Assembly: GCA_965223265.1 (NCBI GenBank)
Contig: OZ244999.1
Coordinates: 5,824,001 to 5,888,000, forward strand
Direction: 5' to 3'
DNA from: Planctomycetota bacterium
GTDB taxonomy: Bacteria; Planctomycetota; UBA8108; SXIK01
DNA length: 64,000 nucleotides
This document shows positions 39,079 through 47,806 of this stretch, piece by piece. The stretch's first letter is position 1. Each line of letters begins with the position of its first letter. The notes beneath the pieces were generated by a model. That model searched no databases. It was not told the DNA's origin and was given only the letters and a program-made list of their open reading frames with translations. The translations under genes were made by a program, and so were the position numbers.

Positions 39079-39408
39079 CTATGAAGTAGAAGCGGTGTCG
39101 GTGCGCGCTGTCGGCTCCGTCACATGGTCGTAGTTCTTCAGCACGATCTCTTTGAACTTAGAGACGCGTTCGTCCGCCCTAGTCGAAGCATTGCTGGCAA
39201 GTTCTTGATACATAGCATCAATCTCCTGCGCCGCGGTCTCCGCCCAACGCGTAGAACGCTCAAAGAAGTGGCATCCGAACGATTCGTGCGGCGAAAAGGA
39301 TGCGTTCGAATCAACGACGAAGAGCTCGACGTCAGGTTGCTCGCAGACGCCGAATTCCCGCTTCTTCAGACCTTGCTTCCACCAACGACAGTGACGGCAG
39401 ATGTTCAT
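39079..39408 (-). CDS. small Cys-rich hypothetical protein
   Basis: CRHCRWW..GVC..FGCHFF; GGAG RBS. Confidence 0.55.
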   Translation of the reverse strand: MNICRHCRWWKQGLKKREFGVCEQPDVELFVVDSNASFSPHESFGCHFFERSTRWAETAAQEIDAMYQELASNASTRADERVSKFKEIVLKNYDHVTEPTARTDTASTS

Positions 39409-39636
39409 GGACGCTCCACCAGCATGACCCCAAGGGCCGGCATCACCTCGCGCGATGCATCATCCAGGAAACATGCAAACGTCTGGCCACGGCGTCACGT
39501 GTAGAGCAGCCTCTGCAGTCGTCTGGGCTCGAATCGACCCCTCGCTACTCCCCAAGCTCGACACGAAATTTCTCGCTCGAGGGGCATCTTTTCGCGCCTC
39601 GTGTTCGATCCAGCTGTCCGAGACGAGCGACTTGAC

Positions 39637-40626
39637 TCACGCCGTCGGGTCCAGCACTGCGGTGCCCATCAAGTCGCCGCGGCGGAGACGTTCCAGAGCT
39701 TCTCGGCCCTGCGCCAACGGAAAAACCGACACCGCGCCGCGCAGCCGGATCTCCGCCGCCAAGCGGAGAAAATCCTCGCCGTCGCGGCGCGTCAGGTTGG
39801 CGACCGAGCAGAGCGTCCGTTCGCGCCACAGGTCGGCATAGGGAAACGCTGGAATATCGCTCATGTGGATTCCACCACAGACGACGCGCCCGCCAGGCTC
39901 GACGGCACGCAGCGCCACCGGTACGAGCTCCCCGACCGGCGCAAAGATGATCGCCGCGTCGAGAGCTGTCGGCGGCGACGCGGTCGAGTCGCCCGCCCAG
40001 GTGCAGCCAAGCCTGAGCGCCTCCTTCTGCGCACCCGTGTCGCCCGGCCTCGTGAAGGCGTACACCTCGCGCCCTTGGTGTCGAGCGACCTGGGCCAGAA
40101 GTCGACCTGCGGACCCGAAGCCGTAGATACCCAGCCGCTGCGCGTCGCCAGCTTTCACGAGCGATCGATAACCGATCAGTCCGGCGCACATGAGCGGCGC
40201 GGTCTCAAAGGGCGAGAGCTCGGCGGCAAGCGGAAAAGCGTAGCGCTCGTCGGCGACCGTGTACTCGGCAAAGCCACCATCGAGGGTGTAGCCGGTGAAG
40301 CCCGGCGACGTGCACAGGTTTTCACTGCCGCGCGCGCAAAACCGGCAGTGTCCGCACGTCGATCCGAGCCACGGGACGCCGACCCGTTGCCCGAGAGCGA
40401 AACGTGACGCACCGTCACCGGCCGCCTCGACGACGCCGACAATCTCGTGGCCAAGAACCAGCGGCAACTTCGGCTCGGCGAGGTCTCCATCGAAGACGTG
40501 AAGATCGGTGCGGCAGACGGCACAGGCTTCGACACGCAGCAGAACCTGGCTGCGGCCAGGCGATGGTGTGGGAATCTCCTGGATCTCAAGAGGCCCCCCG
40601 ATCTGCTGCAGCACGAGAGCTCGCAT
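39637..40626 (-). CDS. zinc-dependent alcohol dehydrogenase family protein
   Basis: CAVCRTDLH, LGHEIVG, CGHCRFC..ENLC, GIYGFGSAG; start MRALVL at 40626. Confidence 0.93.
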   Translation of the reverse strand: MRALVLQQIGGPLEIQEIPTPSPGRSQVLLRVEACAVCRTDLHVFDGDLAEPKLPLVLGHEIVGVVEAAGDGASRFALGQRVGVPWLGSTCGHCRFCARGSENLCTSPGFTGYTLDGGFAEYTVADERYAFPLAAELSPFETAPLMCAGLIGYRSLVKAGDAQRLGIYGFGSAGRLLAQVARHQGREVYAFTRPGDTGAQKEALRLGCTWAGDSTASPPTALDAAIIFAPVGELVPVALRAVEPGGRVVCGGIHMSDIPAFPYADLWRERTLCSVANLTRRDGEDFLRLAAEIRLRGAVSVFPLAQGREALERLRRGDLMGTAVLDPTA

Positions 40627-40805
40627 GCATGCATCCGACTCACTGTTGGCGGTGTCGTCAAGAAGAACGTATCCATCGTGCCTAACGCTAAAGACGACGG
40701 ACGTCGAAGCTGCAGCCAGCGACGATCGCCAAATTTGACGTGAACGCCGAGACTCACCTAACGAAGACGTTGAGAGCCACGCCGGAGCCTTGCGCCGAAC
40801 GCCGT

Positions 40806-41885
40806 TCATTCAACGGCCGGAGGCGTGATCGATCGCTTCGGACCACGCCGAAACGACTTTAACCGCGTCTGCCATCGCATGAATCCGAAGCGTGCGGCAC
40901 CTGCCTTGTAGTCGTTCTGTACAACAGCGCTCGTCGCCTCAAGAACAACCCCCGTCCTGGCATCGAAGACGATCACCTCGCGAAGACGTCGTCCGCTAGC
41001 GTCCGGTTTCGTGGAACCTGCAGCACGCACGCGGACTCGGCCACGCGTGGCCTTCACCTCAAGAATGTCGTACGTCACGCCGTCGACGGCGAAGTTCGCC
41101 CCTCGTCGAACTCGTGAGAGATCACGCGACGCCGGCACCGACACGACGCGTGCCAACGCGTCTTGAAAAAACCTCTCGATTCTCGGTCGCAGATCCTTCG
41201 GGTAACGCGCGGGCAGCGCGCGGTCGAGAAGTGTCGCGAGGTCCACGAAAGCAGGCTGCCCCGTCGAGGAGTCCAGGCTGATGCGAATCTCCACGTCGTT
41301 CAGGAGTACAACGGCCGCCCCGAGGAGCTGCTCCTCGAGCATTTCACGTTCGAGCTCATCGCGCAGGGAAGGACTCCAGGCGCTACTGGTCGACTCGATG
41401 ATTGCCTCGGCTCGGACGCGAGAACCCCTCTTCGCACCCGAGATCGTCCAGTCTCGACCGCGATCGTCGAAGTAGCGCACGCGGCTGACGGCCGGGACGA
41501 TCGTGAGCGTGCGGTCCGTGTTGGCCTCGCAGCGCAGGTTCATGTCGACGAAGAGTGGATCTTCGGCTCGCGGGACCGGCTGCATGGCTGGCTCAGTCGC
41601 CGTTGTTTCGCTTGGACCTTTTCGCAACTTCGTGCCGCTGGGGCTCTTTCGAAACGCTGCGAGCTCGGCGGGAGTCAGCGGCGCTCCGGGCCAAGATCGT
41701 CCGTCGACGTGGACACTCGCGACTTCCCAGGCGTTCGAGTACTTGAGATCGACGGTGAAACGGTCTCCCGGCCGCAGCGTAGGTCGCACGGGCGCCGCGC
41801 GCGACGTCTCCTCGGCGAGAACCGCGACTCCTGGAACAACAGAAACCCAAAGCATTTGCCCGAGCAAGACCATGGTAATCCGCAT
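40806..41885 (-). CDS. hypothetical exported protein
   Basis: GGAGG RBS, signal peptide VLA-E; no recognisable motif. Confidence 0.6.
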   Translation of the reverse strand: MRITMVLLGQMLWVSVVPGVAVLAEETSRAAPVRPTLRPGDRFTVDLKYSNAWEVASVHVDGRSWPGAPLTPAELAAFRKSPSGTKLRKGPSETTATEPAMQPVPRAEDPLFVDMNLRCEANTDRTLTIVPAVSRVRYFDDRGRDWTISGAKRGSRVRAEAIIESTSSAWSPSLRDELEREMLEEQLLGAAVVLLNDVEIRISLDSSTGQPAFVDLATLLDRALPARYPKDLRPRIERFFQDALARVVSVPASRDLSRVRRGANFAVDGVTYDILEVKATRGRVRVRAAGSTKPDASGRRLREVIVFDARTGVVLEATSAVVQNDYKAGAARFGFMRWQTRLKSFRRGPKRSITPPAVE

Positions 41886-41962
41886 GGTTGACCTCCGGAG
41901 GCGGGCCCTGGTCTCTCCGCTTTTCGATGAGAGATACGCATGGCGTGCCTGGATCATTCAAA

Positions 41963-42715
41963 TCAATCGAGGAACCACTCAAAAAGTCCGAACGGATCGG
42001 CCCAAATGAAGGCCCCGCCTGCCGTCCAGGTGAGGAGTGGAATCAAGATCGGCAGGAGAATTCTCTGAAGCATCCTCTCCCTTTCGAGCAGGTCCCAGAA
42101 AAGGGTCATGAGGTTGGTGGCGACGTTGCTCGCGGCCACCAAGGGGGCGCATTCCCACAGAAGGCTCAATATCGAACGAGCGGGAACCACGACTGAGCTA
42201 TGTTTCACTTCGTCGATCGACCACGCCGAAAAGAGAAGGAGTAGCCACGCGAGTGGGTAAAGCCCGATCACGACGGGCGTCAGTCGGTACACTTTCTGGC
42301 CGAGCCGTCGCCTCCCCCAAGTCCATGGCTCCGTCTTGGCAGCCTCGATCTTCTGCGCACGAGCGTCCAGCAGCGTCACAAGAGCGGCGTAGGCACAGGG
42401 AACCACGCACCAGACGATCATCGGTGCCGGTGTCCATGCAACATCAACGCAGTAACCGAGCCACGAAATAACACCTCCGCTTGGTGCGCAACTCGCGGCC
42501 AGACGGCCTGCAGAAATGCCGCTGGCACGGGCAGAGAGGTACGCGCCGAGGAAATAGGAAAGAGGGAATACGGCGGCGAACGTCGGCAAGCCCCAGGGGT
42601 AGTAGTCACGCGCGCTCCCCCATGAATCAACCCAAAAGCCCACGACAAAACCGAAACAGAAGCAGACGATGGGGAGATAAGGCGTGAGTGCGCGGATTCG
42701 CATGGGAGCAACCAT
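41963..42715 (-). CDS. hypothetical multi-pass membrane protein, probably co-transcribed with the alpha-2-macroglobulin gene
   Basis: about 7 hydrophobic segments; starts just after the A2M stop. Confidence 0.6.
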   Translation of the reverse strand: MVAPMRIRALTPYLPIVCFCFGFVVGFWVDSWGSARDYYPWGLPTFAAVFPLSYFLGAYLSARASGISAGRLAASCAPSGGVISWLGYCVDVAWTPAPMIVWCVVPCAYAALVTLLDARAQKIEAAKTEPWTWGRRRLGQKVYRLTPVVIGLYPLAWLLLLFSAWSIDEVKHSSVVVPARSILSLLWECAPLVAASNVATNLMTLFWDLLERERMLQRILLPILIPLLTWTAGGAFIWADPFGLFEWFLD

Positions 42716-43984
42716 GGGTATGTTAGCGATCCACGACTTCGACACGATCGAAGGTTCCGCGCCCGAAGACCTCCGGTTCGTACATCGCCTCAACTCTCGC
42801 TGCCGGCGTCAAGAAGAGACCTGGGGTCGTCGCGCGGACGAGGTATTCATGCACGTAGAATCCTTGCGGTAGCGACGTAACAAAAACCTCGGCCCGATCG
42901 TCGTGATGCTTTGACGCGGAGAAACGGAGACGCGTCAGCTCACCAGGTCCCCCCTTCAAGCGGCGAGACCACCGGGGCAAATCGCGACCCGCCTCGAATC
43001 CGGCAGGATAGGGATCGACGAGCGCGACATGACGTCGGCTCCGCGGCGTCATGAGGAATAGTCGCACGCGCACGAGCGCACCAGCCTTGACGCTTGCTCT
43101 GCCATCCGCGAGAAACTCGACATCCGACGGGTCATGGGCACCTTCGTAGCGGCGCGACACTTCGAAGCCGGCTGCAACTGCCGGGACGTCGACGTGTCCG
43201 AGCGCGTACTCGAGACGCAACCAGTAGAAAAGACGCCCCATTCCCTCTTGGGCGATCGTCAGCGACGCGACGTTGCCAGCCCCGGTTGTCAGATAGGAGC
43301 CGGGGACGTTCAACATCTGCGCGGGCGCCTGTCGCCCCTCGAAGACTCGCTCACCGAGAAACTTCTCGCCCAGCCAAGTACGCGCAACAAAACGCGGTGA
43401 CTCACGCTCAACCGCCGCGAAGTACCGACCAAGGGCCACGAGAGCGAACGCGTTCTCTTCGGTTGTACGCCACCGGCCCTGCTGCTGTCGACGAACGAGA
43501 CCGTCGGCGAGCTTGCCGACCAGTTCGTCTTCAGGATCACCGCCAGCAAGAACCTCAAGAAAAACCGCATGCGCCCGCAGTGGCGACGGGAGCACGCTTT
43601 CCCACGATGCATCCATCGCAGTCTCGATCTGGGCGCCCCGTGCCGTCTCGTACACTTGATTCTCCAGGTAGCGACGGATCTCAGCAGCCACGTCGCGTGC
43701 GTGTTCGTCGCACTGAAAAACCTCCAGAAGCCAGGCAAGCGCCTCTGCAGGATACCGATCCATCGGCGTCCTCAAAAACCACGTTCGAGCACCGCGACGC
43801 AGTGGAGTAGCCGCCGCAGAAGTAACGCCCCGACGAAGATGCTGGACATAGAAAGCGTACGATCGGATCAGCAACACTTCGGCCGAAAGGGACGATACGT
43901 CGTCAGTAGGCCGAAGGGTTGTGGGCGCGACGGTGTGTGTGTCCGACGGTGTTTGTGAGGCTGGGGTCGGTTGCGCTCCCGCCT

Positions 43985-44150
43985 CGGTTTGCGTGGGCGT
44001 TTGCGTGGGCGTTTGCGTGGGCGTTTGCGTGGGCGTGGGCGTGGGCGTGGGCGCGTGCGTGGGCGCGTGCGTGGGCACGTGCGACTGCGATTGCGTGGGC
44101 GATTGCGTGGGCGATTGCGTGGGCGATTGCGATTGCGTGGGCGTGGGCGT
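43985..44150. repeat. coding 6/12-bp tandem repeats (TGCGTGGGCGTT, GGCGTG, GATTGCGTGGGC) encoding a Pro/Thr/Gln linker in A2M
   Basis: direct reading; translates to TPTPTQSQSPTQ...TPTQTPTQ on the minus strand. Confidence 0.9.
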
Positions 44151-44172
44151 ATTCGTAACGCTATCCGCGTGC

Positions 44173-44345
44173 GCCTCTGCCTCTGTCTCTGTCTCTGCCT
44201 CTGTCTCTGCCTCTGTCTCTGTCTCTGTCTCTGTCTCTGTCTCTGTCTCTGTCTCTGTCTCTGTCTCCGTCTCTGTCTCTGTCTCTGTCTCCGTCTCTGT
44301 CTCTGTCTCTGCCTCTGTCTCTGTCTCTGTCTCTGTCTCTGCCTC
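44173..44345. repeat. (GTCTCT/GCCTCT/GTCTCC)n hexamer microsatellite, block 1 (encodes ET/EA)
   Basis: about 29 hexamers ending exactly at the IS left end. Confidence 0.95.
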
Positions 44346-44396
44346 AGAAACTATGGGCCGTCCTCGTGTACCATAGTCTTTTTTAGGAGTGAAGAG

Positions 44397-45524
44397 ATGG
44401 CAACAAGAACGACCCAGGGACAGCTTACCGACATGAGCGAAGTTCTTCACGTGGCAATTGACGTTGGCAACACAACGTGGAAGCTCGTCAGCGGTGTTGC
44501 GGGGAGCCGGCCGCGCTGCAGGACGGTCGAGGCGGGAAACCTTGCGGAGTTTCAGGAAGAGCTCTCGAAAGCCAAGGCGCGCTTGCGCCTTTCGCCGCAA
44601 GCTGAGGTGGTGAGCTGCTACGAAGCTGGCCGCGATGGATTCTGGCTGCACCGTTGGCTCGTAGACAGTGGGATCCACAACGCCGTCATTGACCCGGCTA
44701 GCTGCGAGGTCGATCAGCGCGCCAAGCGTCAAAAGACCGATCGCCTCGACGGAGAGAAGATGCTCGATCTTTTGATCCGTCACCACGGCTCGTCGCGCAG
44801 CCCACTGCGCGTTGTCAACGTGCCGAGCGTGCAGATCGAGGACGAGCGCCGCCTGCCAAGAGAGCGTCAGCGCCTTGTCAAGGATCGCACTCGGCACATC
44901 AATCGCCTCAAGGACATGTTGATCAAGTTCGGCATCCGCGCCCGCCTCAAGAAGCTGCCTGAAATCATCGACACGTTACGCGGCCCCGATGGATCTGCGA
45001 TCCCCCCGCATGCCAAGGCAGGCATGCTACGCGAGCACGCTCGGCTGCAGCTTGTCGAAGAGCAAATCGCTGAGATTGAGGCCGAGACTCTCGAAACGCT
45101 CACCAACTCGCCGGAGGCCTGCAAGAAAGTCGGCAAGCTCAACAGCCTGCGCGGCATCGGCATGTACACTGCCGCAACGCTCTACTACGAGTTCTTCTGG
45201 CGTAAGTTCAACAATCGCCGTGAAATCGGAGCCCTGGCAGGAATGGTGAGCGTTCCCTGGCGCAGTGACAACATCAAACGCGAGCAAGGAATCAGCAAGG
45301 CTGGCAACGGGCGTGTACGCACACTCATGGTTCAGGCTGCCTGGAACTGGCTGCGCTTTCAGCCACAGAGCCAGCTATCTCAATGGTTCTGCCAGCGCTA
45401 TGGGCCAGGCACCAAGCGCTCGCGCAAGGCGGGAATCGTCGCCTTAGCCAGAAAGCTGCTCATTTCGCTCTGGCGATTCCTCAGCACTGACGTACCACCT
45501 CCGTTGGCACGGCTCAGTTCCTAA
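44397..45524 (+). CDS. IS110-family DEDD recombinase/transposase (375 aa)
   Basis: AGGAG RBS; VAIDVG, CYEAG, KTDRLD, LRGIG, WRSD..EQGISKAGNGRVR, IVALARKL. Confidence 0.95.
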   Translation: MATRTTQGQLTDMSEVLHVAIDVGNTTWKLVSGVAGSRPRCRTVEAGNLAEFQEELSKAKARLRLSPQAEVVSCYEAGRDGFWLHRWLVDSGIHNAVIDPASCEVDQRAKRQKTDRLDGEKMLDLLIRHHGSSRSPLRVVNVPSVQIEDERRLPRERQRLVKDRTRHINRLKDMLIKFGIRARLKKLPEIIDTLRGPDGSAIPPHAKAGMLREHARLQLVEEQIAEIEAETLETLTNSPEACKKVGKLNSLRGIGMYTAATLYYEFFWRKFNNRREIGALAGMVSVPWRSDNIKREQGISKAGNGRVRTLMVQAAWNWLRFQPQSQLSQWFCQRYGPGTKRSRKAGIVALARKLLISLWRFLSTDVPPPLARLSS

Positions 45525-45999
45525 TTCGATGACCAGCAACAGGCTCAACACACCAACCCAACTCAAACGGAGGGACCTGCAGGGCTGACTCGGATTCTTG
45601 GCCGACTGTAGGACGCGTTCGAGCAGAGGCTGGGCTGGCTTTCCAAGCCGCCGTGCTTCTCAGAAGGAACCGTCCTTGTCGGTTCGCCTGCCGCGATGCG
45701 AACGCAGTATCAGGTGATCCGCCAGAGAGCGGACACGCATAGGAGTTGGCCGCGAGGCGCTTTGCCGCCCCGGCGCTCAGAGCGAACCGAACACTTGGCT
45801 TCTTTACCGCCAGCCCAAAGACAACACAGCACTACTACGAAAATGATCTCTCCCGCGTGCGGTACCTTCCGGGCTGCACAGAGCCCGGGGGCGCTCTACC
45901 CGCCGCCCCCCGGACCCCCAGGCAACCCAACTGCCCCACGTCGGATTGAAGACAATCAAGAAAAGAAAGCTCCCCCGTTGACAACAGTCGGACCATAGG
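45525..45999 (+). ncRNA. putative bridge/seekRNA-encoding 3' non-coding region of element A
   Basis: about 475 nt with hairpins; GCAGAGGC (45623-45630) is the reverse complement of the target GCCTC^TGC; CATAGGAG (45738-45745) equals the predicted circle junction; RNA limits unknown. Confidence 0.6.
45978..45983 (+). promoter_or_regulatory. outward-facing -35 (TTGACA) at the right end of element A, forming a promoter in the circular intermediate
   Basis: predicted junction gives TTGACA-17 nt-GAAACT upstream of the transposase; this layout is typical of IS1111-type elements. Confidence 0.55.
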
Positions 46000-46052
46000 T
46001 GCCTCTGCCTCTGTCTCTGCCTCTGCCTCTGTCTCTGCCTCTGTCTCTGCCT
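46000..46052. repeat. hexamer microsatellite, block 2, between the two IS elements
   Basis: TGCCTCTGCCTCTGTCTCTGCC... 53 nt. Confidence 0.95.
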
Positions 46053-46554
46053 TCCATGAGAAGGCCAAAAAGTCAAGAGAGGCGAACGTGGTCGCCGCCC
46101 GAGCGCAGCGAGGTCAATCGTTCTCTGCGCCGAGCGTAGCGAAGGTCAGTTGTAGGGTGGGCGGTCTACGCGGCAGGGAGGGGCCCGCGAGCGGCAATGA
46201 GTCCGCACGCGAAGCGTCTCGTTTGGCGGCCAGGCAGCAAATGCCCTTGCTGCCTGGCCAAGACCGTTTTGGTGCGCTGAGGTTTCCTGAGATTCTCGAA
46301 AGAGTCTATCGCGCGGTTGAAGCCAGCCTTCCATACGCACTTTGGGTGAGGAGTCTGTCCTGGAGTCCTCTGTGCAAGTTGGGGTCCGAACCGTCGTGGT
46401 GCTGCACACTCTGTCGCGAACTCCTGGTATGATCGAAGGAAATTTGGACGCCCTCGATCGGTTCAGTGCAGAGGTCGCAGTCACCAAGACGAGACTTTTC
46501 ACGCGGGTAGATCCTTCAGAGGCTTTTCAGTCGCCTCGTAATGACACAGGCGGC
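46053..46554 (-). ncRNA. putative bridge/seekRNA-encoding 3' non-coding region of element B
   Basis: about 500 nt; minus-strand GACAGAG (46415-46409) and ACAGAGG match the target; ATGGAAG (46334-46328) matches the circle junction; 13-bp hairpin at 46228-46259. Confidence 0.55.
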
Positions 46555-47631
46555 TCAGGCCGAGCGACGCGTCGAGCGCGAGGCGTTGTAGAGTGGATCG
46601 TAGCGCTCGCCGCTGGCCCAGAGGTGATGCATCAGCACGGCGAGCTTTCGTGCCACGGCGACCGTGGCTTGCTTTTTGCCCCTGGCAGCGCCGCGCTGTC
46701 CCAGCCGCTCACCGAAGCGCCTTAGATCGCAGTCCTCCCCGAACGGCCCCAAGATATAATGCGCGCTGCCGACAAGCAGTCGGCGTAGGTAGCCGTTGCC
46801 ATACTTCGAAATACGAAGCTGTGGAGTCCTCGACGAAGAGTCGTGCTGCTTCGGGACGAGTCCGAGATAGGCCCCGACCTTGCGGCTCTTGGAGAAACGC
46901 TCCGGGCTCTCCAGGCTCAAGACAAACGCCAGTGCCGTCAGTGGCCCTACGCCGTTGATCTCTTGAAGGCGCTTGGTCTCTGGGTACTTCTCTGAGAGCG
47001 CCTTGATCTCTCTGTCGTAGCTGCGCACCGTGGCGCTAAGCTGTCCGATCTGCTCGAGCATCGGTAGCACCGCCGCCTCGAGCTCCTCGGGAATATCCTC
47101 CCTGACTTTGTAGTGGAAGGCGGCGCTTGAGCAGCTCTTGAGGCGATACCCGCTCGACTTGACGAGACCTCGCACGCTGTTGATCAGTGTCGTGCGAGTG
47201 CGCACTACTGCGTCACGGGCACGGATGACTGCCAGGTCGTTTTGGGCTGAGAGCTGGCGGTGACGAACCGGTCGCAACAGGCGCGGGCTGCCCCAGCCCA
47301 GCGTCGCCAGGGTGACGGCGTCGAGCTCGTCGTTCTTGCGACCGTTGGCGGCAAGAGCACGCCCTGCGCAGACAGGATTGGCAACGATCACCTCGAAGCC
47401 GAGCTCTTCGAGCACCGCACTGACCCACGGCGAGTGCGTGCCCGCCTCGCAGACCACGCGCGAGCCTCGCGGGAACTCATCAAAGCGCCTAGCGAGCGCC
47501 GAGCGTGTCGTCGCCACGCGCTCGTTGGCGAGGATCTCTCCATCGAGCGTTATCGCCACCAAGTGGCTAAGGCGGTCGCCGAGATCAAGGCCGATAGACA
47601 ACATACGCTGTGTTTGATTACTTTGGGACAT
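46555..47631 (-). CDS. IS110-family DEDD recombinase/transposase (358 aa)
   Basis: AGAAGGAG RBS; IGLDLG, VCEAG, KNDELDA, INGVGP, YLGLVP..HDSS..RISKYGN, VAVARKL. Confidence 0.96.
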   Translation of the reverse strand: MSQSNQTQRMLSIGLDLGDRLSHLVAITLDGEILANERVATTRSALARRFDEFPRGSRVVCEAGTHSPWVSAVLEELGFEVIVANPVCAGRALAANGRKNDELDAVTLATLGWGSPRLLRPVRHRQLSAQNDLAVIRARDAVVRTRTTLINSVRGLVKSSGYRLKSCSSAAFHYKVREDIPEELEAAVLPMLEQIGQLSATVRSYDREIKALSEKYPETKRLQEINGVGPLTALAFVLSLESPERFSKSRKVGAYLGLVPKQHDSSSRTPQLRISKYGNGYLRRLLVGSAHYILGPFGEDCDLRRFGERLGQRGAARGKKQATVAVARKLAVLMHHLWASGERYDPLYNASRSTRRSA

Positions 47632-47723
47632 GGTCAGTCTCTCCTTCTGGGTTCAAAGCCCGGTTAATGTTGCAGATCCTTCTTCGGATACTGCGTGGAG
47701 GGACTGGCCTTCTCATCCCATCT

Positions 47724-47806
47724 CTGTCTCCGTCTCTGTCTCCGTCTCTGTCTCCGTCTCTGTCTCTGTCTCTGCCTCTGTCTCTGTCTTCGTCTCCGTC
47801 TCCGTC
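47724..47806. repeat. hexamer microsatellite, block 3
   Basis: CTGTCTCCGTCTCTGTCTCC... encoding TETETKTETEAETE in A2M. Confidence 0.95.

Larger units (their letters stand above)
44346..45999 (+). mobile_element. IS110-family, IS1111-type element A (1654 bp)
   Basis: sub-terminal IRs ATGGGCCGTC / GTCGGACCAT located 7 nt and 3 nt from the ends; no TSD; joined flanks restore the repeat GCCTC^TGCCTC. Confidence 0.9.
46053..47723 (-). mobile_element. IS110-family, IS1111-type element B (1671 bp)
   Basis: perfect 12-bp sub-terminal IR ATGAGAAGGCCA (46056-46067) / TGGCCTTCTCAT (47705-47716), 3 nt and 7 nt from the ends; TTGACT -35 near the right end; joined flanks restore GAGACAG^AGGCAGAG. Confidence 0.92.

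Noticed and set aside
43971-44396. Arg/Gly and Leu/Cys-repeat N-terminal extension of the 517-aa transposase ORF
   Set aside because: Artefact of an open frame through the microsatellite; the real start is ATG 44397 with an AGGAG RBS inside the element.
44346-44897. N-terminus of the 724-aa minus-strand ORF as a separate gene
   Set aside because: It is antisense to the transposase; the remainder is the A2M C-terminal segment.
43985-47806. Repeats as a CRISPR array
   Set aside because: Simple 6/12-bp tandem units, no unique spacers, no cas genes.
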